A stretch of 64,000 nt of DNA, from positions 62,001 through 126,000 of the forward strand of contig CDRNVI010000140.1 of NCBI GenBank assembly GCA_977017575.1. Reading direction: 5' to 3'. The stretch is from Paramoeba atlantica (Eukaryota; Protista; Discosea). The notes beneath the pieces were generated by a model. That model ran no database searches. It worked only from the letters and a program-made list of their open reading frames with translations, and had not been told where the DNA came from. Shown piece after piece: positions 10,210 through 19,872 of this stretch. The translations under genes and the position numbers were made by a program. Position 1 is the stretch's first letter. Each line of letters opens with the position of its first letter.

Positions 10210-12329
10210 TTTGAGAAGAATCACTCATTGAAGACCAAATCATTGAAGTTGCTGGCCTTTGCGTTTTCTAAATGCAAAATTCCTTTTTGATTCCGAGTTG
10301 GTGATGATGGAAATTGGAAATTGGGGCAATACACAGGCACTCAAATGTGGCAAGTATTGGAGAATGTTGAAAGGATCTTTTGTTGCAATCCAAATCAACC
10401 ATCCACAATATTGTTGTGGGTTACCTTTTGAGAATGTTTTCAAATGCTGACAAGTAACCCCTCAAAAGGGTCAAATCGTGAAACAGTTGCTATTAATTTT
10501 GAAAAAAAAATTGGTTCTTAGAAGGAAAGTTTTGCAGATTGGGGAGAGATGGGTTCCACCTAGTGAATTTATTTCCATATTCTGGAAGCTCATGCAGCAG
10601 ATATGTATTGTCAGTTTAGGAATTTGTGACCTTGGGCAGCAGAAGCTGGGGAGCAGGTCCACTACTTGGATCAGATGCACTTCTATCAGAGTAACCAATG
10701 AGATTCTGCAAATCTGAACACTAAAGTCCTCACAACTGGACTTGTTTTCGATACAGCCATTCTTTAACAAATCAATATCAAACCTCTTTGGATATCCCAC
10801 AAGAAATTCAAGCAATCCAAATGAATTTAAATCGAAGAAATGAAGTGGTGACAAACCCAAAATTAATTCAAACTGCTCAGGAAGACCTTTTCCTCACATG
10901 GATGTATGATCTCAAAACTGAAATTTCTTTGGAAGAAGATAGTGATGAGAAATAAAATTTAAAAGTTTTTTATCAATTTCACTTCAACCAATTTTTTTAG
11001 AGGCTTTGGTTTGTGTGTTGCTTTCCTTTTATTTAGTTTTTCAGAGGATTTGATTTTTTTTTATGATTAACAAAAGATGCACCCATCATTTTCAACCCTA
11101 AATTGAGTGGCAAACTCATGTGAAAGTAATGACAAGTACAAATGGCCATTGCAGATTCTGGTGAATTTTTCCAAAGGATTTGAAGTTCAGAGAGACCAAC
11201 ACCACAATCACTTTCCCTCCAATTGAAACCCAAATATTGGCAAAATAACAAACCGAAGTTTGAAGCATCTTTATGGAGGAAGGTTCCACAGCCTCTTCCA
11301 ATCCAAATTTGTTGAGTACATTTCATTGGAAGTTGAACTCTTATATCTTTTCCTGTTTCCTTCCAAGTTGTTTGAAATTTCTCACACATTCCAATCTGTT
11401 CTGCAAAAAAGTTTGAATTCTTTTTTAATCCAGTTATTCACTTCATCAAGCAATACTCTCTTATCTCATATGCAATTAAAAGAGATGAAAGAATTTTCTT
11501 CATGTTGTCTGTTAGATGTTGAGTTTGAGCTCATTCCATTAAAGAGTTTTGAATTTTGTGAAGCCCAAAAGCTATGAGGTTCTACCCTCAAGCATTCTGC
11601 TTACATTTTGGTAGGAGAAGGTTCAAAGAGAGAAGCAAAGATTGAAGAATTGACATTTCATAAACCTCCTCTTCTGAAGCTACCTGGGAGCAAAAAAACA
11701 TGTCATTATGACCACTCTGAAACAAAATGTATAAATCCCTAGAAACAACATTTAAAAGGTTTTCCTCAACCAATAAATCCAAGTGCTTTAAAAACCCACT
11801 TAATCAATCTGAAAGTTGTTCCAAAATTTTGAGTCTGTTATTCAATTCTGGATAGATTCGAAGCCAACCTTTCCGATCCCATTTGTTATTTAACCCCCCT
11901 TCTGCCTCATCATTGAACCGAAGGATTTTCAATCCTTTCATCAAAAAAGCAAAATCAAAAGAAGTGAAGTCCTTCCTTTGAGCTTCGGAGGGAATCTTCT
12001 GGAAGTAACAATCCAAGTAGGAATGCATTCAACATGCAATCATGTGATCAGGTGTGAGAAGATGGCCTCGAAAACAAACCCCACTTCTTTCAAACTCAAA
12101 AACACCATGGTCCCCTTCACTTCCCTCAATTTTTAAATTCCAAATTTTCAATTGGATTTGCTTTGATAAGTTTTCCCAAAAAATGTTCAATTCTTGTCAA
12201 ATCTCTTAAGCGTTTTGAAAGCAACCCATTTTTCTCAAACTCTCCAAGTTTTTTGCCCTGCCTGCCTGCCTCACAAATTGTATTTGGGATATTTAGCCAC
12301 CACTCCTTTCTAAAATTTTTCAACAACAA
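9851..12329 (-). pseudogene. Unknown transposon-borne gene convergent with the transposase
   Basis: Chain of minus-strand ORFs (12126, 11804, 11588, 11033/11116, 10471, 10240, 9851) that is conserved in copy 2 (36134-38563); ends in a purine-rich low-complexity tract; no domain recognised. Confidence 0.5.
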
Positions 12330-12640
12330 AAAAATTCAAAAAGTTCCTCAAATTGAACTTTTTGAAGTGTTAAAATAAAAAAAGAGTATTTTTACTTCTC
12401 CACAAAAAAAAAAGTTTTTGTGAAAAAGGTTTTAAACCTTCAATAAAACTAAAAAATCCTTTTCAGAGGGAATTTAATTCATTTGAAATATTTAGCCACC
12501 ACTCCTTTCTAAAATTTTTCAACAATAAAAAAATTCAAAAAGTTCCTTAAATTGAACTTTTTGAAGTATTGAAATAAAAAAAGAGTATTTTTGCTTCTTT
12601 ACAAAAAAAAAGTTTTTTTGTGAAAAAGTTTTCAACCCTT
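12289..12640. repeat. Tandem duplication (~199-bp period) between divergent genes of the transposon, each unit with a 12-bp-arm palindrome
   Basis: ATATTTAGCCACCACTCC... at 12289 and 12488; TTCAAAAAGTTC-N8-GAACTTTTTGAA at 12335-12366; also duplicated in copy 2 (~38570-38900). Confidence 0.85.
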
Positions 12641-12683
12641 TCTTCCCTCAGTTTTCCACTTCTATTTTCTTTTCCTTTCCACA

Positions 12684-13850
12684 ATGAAGTGTTTATATTG
12701 CAATTTTAAGATTCAAAACAGTTCAGTTCATTATTGTTTCAAATGCAATGTCCTTTTTCATAGAAGTTGTTTGTTGAAAGAAAAGACTTGTCCAGCAAAA
12801 TGTCTCCTCCAACTGTTTCTCCAGAATCAAAACCCAGACTTCATCAACTTGAAACCCACAACCCCAACACAATTTGTCTTTGAGAAGAAAAGTGTTCATT
12901 ATTGACACTTTTTTTCTGAGGAGGAGGATTATTCATTTTCCAGAATCAATTTTGGTTCAGTGGACAGGATCAAATGAGACACATTTTCCCTTTCCCAAGT
13001 GGACTGGGAAGCAGGGTATTGGAATCAATTGCACATTATTAAGAAATCTAATGAGGAGGTGATGGATTTCTCTTATCAGGGCAATCAGTCTCTTGAACCA
13101 AAAACCTTTTTGGGGTTCTATATTGGGCACTTGACTGATTCTGAGGATAGAGATCAAAACCATCACCAAATGGTCTTGCAAAATAAATGGAAGATTGATG
13201 ATTCCTCAATTGGAAACAAAACTCGATTTGTGAATCATTCACACCTTCTTAATGTGGAATTTCGAATGGGGGGGTTGGCGCCTGTAGTTTAGTCGTAAAT
13301 TTGACTATGTCCAACCCTGGGGGGGCGAGTTCAAATCCCAGTTTTTCGATATTATGGAAAATTTTTCTGGTGCTGTAAAGTGATTTGATTGGAGTGAGGA
13401 GCTCTTGAAGAAGTGTGAAAATCAGAACAGGTTACATCTCAACCCTGTCTGCTAAAAAGTTGAGGATAAATTCCCTTGGAAGGAGCTTTGGATTATTCTC
13501 CCTTCTGATGTGCATCCTCCAGCCTGAACTTGCAGAAGTTCTAAAGTTCAGCATAAAGACCGACTGAACTAAGCTGAAGTTTAAAACTTCACCTCTTGTT
13601 AGAGGTTAAAAACAAACATAATTTAATGTAATTCAAATGGCTTAGATTAAGAACTACTAATTGAATAAAGTCTGCCTCAAAAAAAAAAAAAAAGAATTTC
13701 GAATGGGGTTTCTTGATTGTTGCTCTGGTTGGTTGCTCAGTTTAATTACAAAATCAAAAATTTAAAAAACACCAAACTTATTGCCAATTATCTCATTATA
13801 GTCTCCAATATTTCCAAGGGGTTTGATTATTGTGATTCTTGCTTGACAAG
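12684..13850 (+). pseudogene. Zn-finger + SET + post-SET protein carried by the transposon; interrupted by a SINE
   Basis: N-terminus CLYC...CFKC...FHRSC...CPAKC. SET motifs FLGFYIGHL and IDDSSIGNKTRFVNHSH..NVEF. After SINE removal the frame continues LITKSKI.KNTKLIANY; copy 2 adds DCNTAFCPGYIG (post-SET-like). Confidence 0.78.
13272..13693 (+). mobile_element. tRNA-derived SINE family B, full length
   Basis: A-box-like TAGTTTAGTCG, B-box GAGTTCAAATCC, AATAAA followed by poly(A), 15-bp TSD GAATTTCGAATGGGG at 13257-13271 and 13694-13708. Confidence 0.9.
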
Positions 13851-14335
13851 AACCAACTTCTTATGAAACATTTTCAACTCCACAAACAATAATTCAACTC
13901 CCACTTCCTCAATCTTTTCAAACCCAACCAAATTACAATTTCTGATCAGTTCCACAAAACCAAACTTCTTATCAAATACTTTCTATTCAATCATCCTAAC
14001 AATTCTAACAAAATTTCAATCCTTCACCCCAAATCTGATTTCAACAAAATGACAATTCACAAATTTATGGATTGGCTCAACAACCAATGTATCAATCAAC
14101 AGCAGTGGCAAACCCACAACCACTTCAAAATCCCTAACTATCAATGGTGTGTGGCAATGACACATCCTCACAAACCCAAGTATTTTTTTTTTGGATTTGA
14201 ATATTTCTCTTTTTCAATTAATACTTTTTATTAATTCATTTTTTTCAAAATTCAGATGAATCAAATTCTTTTACATCAAAGGCAGATGCAGCAAGAACTT
14301 AACAAACTGAAAAAGTTAGTTTTTTCATTTACTAA

Positions 14336-15183
14336 TTAAATTTTTTTCCCTTTTTTTTTCAACATTTTACTAACAATGGAAATAGATCCAAAAAATAGTT
14401 TTATTTTTTTCAAAATTTTTTTGTAAAATAAATTTAATTTTGTTTCAAAATAATTCAACAAATAATTTCCTTCAAGTGCAACAAAAGCCAGATGCATTTG
14501 TAACTTCAATGATTCCACAGCATTTGAATTGACTTTTTTTTTTTGTAAATTTTAAAATCAACTCAGATTCACACTCAATTTTCATCAGTTTGAATAACAT
14601 TAGATTCAATCCAATGATAAAAAACAATATTTACCTTCTCATTTAAAAAAATGTTGCTACAAGAACTTTGTGAAAGAATCTTTTTGGTTCACCATTCAGA
14701 ACAGTTCAAAAAGCAAGAATCCAGTTTTTTTAAATCATCTTAAGAACAGATTCGAGCACATTGTCCTGATTCATCAACTTGAAACTTCACTTTTTTGAAT
14801 TTTTTCAATGGTTTCCAAAAAATCTTACAGAAAATTTGTTTTGGCAATGGTAGCTGAATCCAAAAAGATTAAATTCATTTCTTCAAGGCAAAATCAAGTC
14901 ACTTTTCAAATTCAGGAAGAATCATGGAGTTCACCCACCACTTTGTCTCATTCAAATTGAAACTCTCTTCATCAACAGGAATGGTCTCTGTCAACAGTGG
15001 CTGCTGTGTTTTTTCTACTCCTCTTTTTTGGCGTTTTCTTCACTTCTCAACGGTTTTTTGTTTTCTCTTTTTTGTTTGTTGAATTTTCTCAGTAATGAAA
15101 TCAATCTCCATGATTTCATCTAATGAGATTGAAGGTTCTTTTGGTGTTCGTTTTGGCAGTTTCTCATTTCCTTTCATTGCCAT
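14336..15183 (-). pseudogene. Fourth transposon-borne gene (unknown, Lys/Arg-rich N-terminus) starting next to the right TIR
   Basis: Minus-strand frame MAMKGNEKLPKRTPKEPSISLDEIMEIDFITEKIQQTKKRKQK... with TGA stops at probable CGA codons; colinear in copy 2 (~41190-42037). Confidence 0.45.
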
Positions 15184-15907
15184 AATCAAAAATGGAGAAC
15201 AAAATGAAAAAAAGTCCAATTTATTTTTTAATCAATCAAATATTGACACATTGGCACCATACAAAAATTCTATAATGTTTGTTGGGGTAGTCATTCCCCC
15301 AAAAAATGTTTCATTCTGGATGAATTGAAACAGGAAGCTGCTGACTGCCTTGGAAGGGAATACTGTTTTCTTTATGGAAGATGTGACCATAAGAGCCTGG
15401 AGTGCCTTTGGTTAAGTGTTGCAAAATTCATAACAGAAAGAAAGATTAAACTTGTAGGAGATCATCCCTGGAAGGAAGCTGTGACTTGTTATGGTGAGTC
15501 TGCAGCTCAAAAATACAATTGTATAGAATCTGCTGACTGGAATAAGAAACTTCCAGGGAAAAGAGGAAGAGAAGTCCCTCAAGAGAAGAAGAAAGAAAAG
15601 AGGAGAAAATTGGAGAATACTCTTCAAGATTTGATGACTGGGAAAATGACTCTGGATGAGCTCAGAAATCAAGAAAATGGTTTGTCAATTTTTTCTAAGA
15701 GTAAAAAGGAATTTACTCAGAATATTGGGCAGCAGGACCACAAAGTGACAGTCAAGATGGGTGAAGAAGGCTTCACAATCTCTATTGGTGACTTAGTTAG
15801 AGACTTAAATCCTGAAATTTGCCAAATAAAAGACAAATTATTCACTATTCCTTGCATGGTTAATAATACCAAAAAAGCACAAAATAGTTGCTTTTGCAAG
15901 CCTGGCT

Positions 15908-16174
15908 TTGCCAAAAACTCATACAAAATACACAAATTCAGAACAAGAATGTTATGGGGCCTACTGGGCAATTAACAAGTTCAAAGAATTCATTATGGGA
16001 AGAGATGTAGTGATCTTCAGTGATCACCAGAGTCTGGTCAAACTGTGCAACTCCACAACAAGCACATCAAGGAGTGAACTTATCTGTGGATGGCTGCTGG
16101 AAATAGCTGCAGTGGCAAATCGAATTTTACATCAACCTGGGAAAACACTGGTTATCTCTAACACACTTAGTTGA
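15908..16174 (+). pseudogene. Gypsy A RNase H fragment
   Basis: ORF contains YTNSEQECYGAYWAINKFKEFIMGRDVVIFSDHQSL, a typical Ty3/gypsy RNase H pattern. Confidence 0.8.
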
Positions 16175-17155
16175 GCACACCATGTATCATATCAAGATGA
16201 AGATATACAAACTCCACTTAAAGAAGTCCTGAAAAGACTTGGAGTTAGTAATGTTGAAAACAAAACAACACAAGAACAAACAAAAATGGCAATATTAGGG
16301 CTCTGTTCTCTCTCAAAATCCTGTCATAGGGCAGATGAGTCCACTGGAGATGGAAATGAGTTATTGGCTAATATAGGTCAGCATGCAAATAGCATGGGTC
16401 AACTTGGTAGTCAATTTGCTCAAGGAAGGAGCAAGGGACTCTCTCAAGGACAATCTTCTGGGATAGCTGATGGGTCAACTTCACATAAAGCACTGGACAT
16501 AGTGATGGGTCAACTTCAGACAATTCCCAGCAGGACTGAGAGTGCTGATATTTCTGAGTCTTGGACAGATGAAGAATTTGGATCAAGCACACAATCAGGT
16601 GAACCTCTTAGAATTCACACAGTGCCCAAACATACTCTTCCAGTAGAAGAAGAAACAGAAAAATTATCAGAGACTGGTACTGGCCACACCAGATCTGAGA
16701 ATTAGAATGATTCAGAAAATCAATGGGTCATAAAGGACCAAGAATGTTACTGGAGAGGAGAACGAGCAATTGATGTTCAAGCTGAACAAATGAAGGATCA
16801 ATTTTGCCACAGTATAAGAAATTTACTTCTGAATAGAGAAATACCTGAGTACAAGAAGGATGCTCAGAAATTGCTTGAAAAGAGGTGACATTACTGCCTC
16901 AATAAAGCAGGAACTCTTTGTTGGGTGGATATCCCAACAGAGATGGGTGAACCCCCAATTGTTTTACCAGACTCAATGGTACTTGAGGTAGTAAAACATT
17001 TCCACAACTATCAAGAACATAGGAAGTTTCAGAAACTTTATGAAACTATGCGAGATAAGTTTTGGTTTAAAGAAATGATATAATATATCAGTGAATATTG
17101 CCAAACCTGTGAAATTTGTCAAAAAACAAAAACAACAAAATATATAAAACCACCA

Positions 17156-18091
17156 ATGGGTTCAACACATGTTGGGTACTCAAATGTGACAATATATATT
17201 GACTCAACAAAAGGGATTGAGGGTAACATCAGAGGATATACTTATATTCTGTCAATTGTGGATGCTTTCACTGGATATTTGACACTCTTTCCATTGAAAG
17301 CTGTAAACACAAGAGAGATGGCTGAATGTCTCTTGAAATATATCACAATCCATTCAATGCCACTTGAAATAGTGACCAATGGAGGCCTAGAGTTCAGAAA
17401 AGCACTCTTAAAAGAATTGATGAAAATTTAGAGCATACATCATGCCAAAGTATCTCCTCACAATCATAAAGGAAATGGCAAGGTTGAAACAATCCATTCA
17501 CCTGTCAAGAATATGATGAGAGCTTATATAAGAAAATATGAAAGAGACTGGGATTTGCTTCTTCTGATGGTGGAATTTGCTTACAACACCCAAGTCCACT
17601 CAGTAACAAAACAAAAACCTTTTATATTACAATTTGGTCAAATACCAACATACCCAATTGACATTACACTGGAAACATCAAATCCAGAACTGGTAAGCCC
17701 TGATGAATATGTGGCTAATGTAAGAGATAAAATGTCTGAAATCTTCAATCTTGTAAATGAAAAACAAAGAGAATTTAAAGAGAAAAGGGTTGATGATTAT
17801 AACATTAATCAGAAAACTCAGATCTTATCAGCAGGGGATAGAGTCCTCCTCCTGAATCACACAACAAAGAAGAAATTTAACTGGAAATTCAATTCAAGGA
17901 CTCAGGATGATGTCCATAGAATTGAAGAGGTCTTGACACCTCAAACTTACAAAGTAAGAAACCTCAAAACAGGATATATTCTCCCAGCACCTGTTCATGG
18001 AAGTCAATTAAGACTTTACTATCAAAGGGTTGAAGAGGAAAAGGAACAAGACTCTCTGGAAGAGAAAGAGCTCCCATCAAGAGCCAGATGA
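17156..18091 (+). pseudogene. Gypsy A integrase core and C-terminus (one internal stop)
   Basis: ORFs 17156-17431 and 17513-18091 are in the same frame and contain the integrase motifs YID, IVDAFTGY, NGG-EF, GNGKVET and FAYNTQVHSVTKQKPF. Confidence 0.85.
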
Positions 18092-19124
18092 AAAAGTCTG
18101 AAATATCAAATTGTTTTTGAAAGAATCTATGATGGATATCATCAATATCAAGTCCAAACCCAACCACCTGCTGGTTGAAAATGATGATTAAACAGATGAT
18201 TAAAGTTGGTCTCTCTTGGATATCAAGCCTTGAACAACAACTTGGAGTCTTCTTCAATAACCACCCAGCTTGTCCCAACAAGAAGTTCTCCTCCAAGGTG
18301 AGAGGAGTGATTGTTGATGGCATTTTGTCTTGTGACTCATCTACTGTGAGAGAAGCTATCAAGGGTTTTTGGGGTGATTTCTTAGGAACTGAATGCCCTT
18401 ATAACCTCAAAGCCCTGGATGAACTTCTGAACAACCACCCCTTCCACTTTCCAGACTCTGAAAATCATACAGTAGACCTTCTGAAAGTTGAGAAGCTGCT
18501 CCTTCAAGCCAACCATACCAGTGCAGGCCTTAATGGAATTCTCTTCTTCCTCTATTGGAAAACTTATAAGAAATATTAAGAGATGTGGGTTGAATTGATT
18601 CAACAAGCAGGAGAGAATATAAAATTCCTGATTCCTTTGGAGAGAGCCAATTGTGTTTGATTCCCAAGGTTGAGAACATTTCTTGCCTTGACAAGTTCAG
18701 ACCTATAAGTGTAACAAACTCTGATTATCAAATTGTAATGTGATATTGGATTCTTTGGTTTTCTGAAATTGCAAGTGGAGTAATCTTTGATACTCAATAT
18801 GCAATGTTTAAGGGGAGATTGATTGATGCAGCTGTAGAAACAATTTATAATGCCTTCTATGAGGCTTTGGCTAATGAACAAGATATTACTCTTCTCCAAA
18901 CTGACTTCTGCAAGGTTTAAGATTATGTAAACTATGATGCTCTGATTCACATTTTGAAGAGATTGAAGGCTTCTTTTCAAGCTGTTTTTGTGATTGAAAA
19001 AGTATTCTACCCTTCTAAAACCTGGTTACCCTCAATTGGAGGGAAACCTAGCTTCTCTCCAGCTGACTCTATTACTAGTAGAACTGAAGTTCAACAAGGC
19101 TGCCCAATCTTCCCTCTTCTCTTC

Positions 19125-19872
19125 TTTTTTTTTTTTTTTTTTAAGGTAGACTTTATTCAATTAGTAGTTTTTAATCTAAGCCATTTGAATTACATTAAAT
19201 TATGTTTGTTTTTTTAACTTCTAATGAAAGGTGAAGTTTTAAACTTTAGCTTAGTTCAATTAGTCTTTATGCTGAACTTTAGAACTTATACACATCAGAA
19301 GGGAGAATAATCCAAAGAATTGTGGTATAATGGCTTAGTTGGTAAAACAGCTATTGCTTCAATTCAGGGTTGCAGGTTCAATTCTAAAGAGGAAAATATT
19401 TAAAACATTATTTTCTCTTCCTACTCATTTGAATGTGAAAAACAGAATAGATTATCATCTACCCTATCTGCTAAAAAGCAAAGAATAAATTCCTTGAAAA
19501 GGAGTTTAAGTGAATTAAAGGTCTTTGAACCATTTGAACCTAAAGAGGTGAAACTCTATCCTTATTATCTTTAACCTTAAAAAATTAGTGGCTTTGGGTT
19601 AGGTCATTATCTAATAAAATCCAGTGTTAAAAAGAAAAAAGAGAGAATAATCCAAAGCTTTTTCCAAGGGAATTTTTCCTCAACTTTTTAGCAGACAGGG
19701 CTGAGATGTAACTTGTTCTGATTTTCACACTTCTTCAAGAGCTCCTCACTTCAATCAAATCACTTTATAGCACCAGAAAAATTTTCTATAATATTAAAAA
19801 ACTGAGATTTGAACTCACCCCCCCTAGAGTTGGACATAGTTGAATTTATAACTAAACTACAGGTGCCAACCC
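19125..19872 (-). mobile_element. SINE family B inserted in the LINE RT and itself carrying a SINE A
   Basis: Reverse complement of the 13272 copy, poly(T) on the left, CTTCTCTTC-containing TSD; removal restores RT PLLF/LIVFDLLL. Confidence 0.88.
19318..19642 (+). mobile_element. tRNA-derived SINE family A nested in SINE B
   Basis: A-box TGGCTTAGTTGGTAA, B-box-like GGTTCAATTC, 15-bp TSD GAGAATAATCCAAAG at 19303-19317 and 19643-19657. Confidence 0.9.

Larger units (their letters stand above)
7084..15277 (+). mobile_element. Large TIR DNA transposon, copy 1 (RAG1/Transib/Chapaev-like transposase plus three other genes)
   Basis: 45-bp TIRs at 7084-7128 and 15233-15277 (CATTAYRGAATTTTTGTATGGTGCCAAYRTGTCAATATTTGATTG); colinear with 34899-42131; interrupts the gypsy A Gag. 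Confidence 0.9.
642..18170 (+). mobile_element. Ty3/gypsy element A (degenerate), split by the LTR-1 element and by TIR transposon copy 1; RT deleted; truncated on the right by a LINE
   Basis: Gag pieces 642-1020, 6693-7083 and 15279-~15850 rejoin in frame and carry two Zn knuckles (CFLCWGSHSPKKC, CFLYGRCDHKSLEC). RNase H at ~15880-16180 (EQECYGAYWAINKFK...SDHQSL, QPGKTLVISNTLS). Integrase at ~16960-18090 (YIDS..., IVDAFT, GNGKVE, FAYNTQVHSVT). LTRs not located. Confidence 0.8.

Noticed and set aside
9851-12329. RAG2 homologue
   Set aside because: The orientation resembles ProtoRAG, but no kelch GG/W repeats or PHD finger are visible in this gene. The only Cys-rich finger belongs to the separate, oppositely oriented SET gene.
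12684-13270. SETMAR-like SET-transposase fusion
   Set aside because: The SET gene lies downstream of the transposase, separated from it by a 2.4-kb opposite-strand gene, and has its own ATG.
19318-19395. tRNA genes at the SINE heads (A- and B-boxes present)
   Set aside because: The heads lack a complete acceptor stem, are fused to a constant ~250-350 bp body with an A-rich tail and TSDs, and recur in dispersed copies, so they are SINEs and not tRNA genes.
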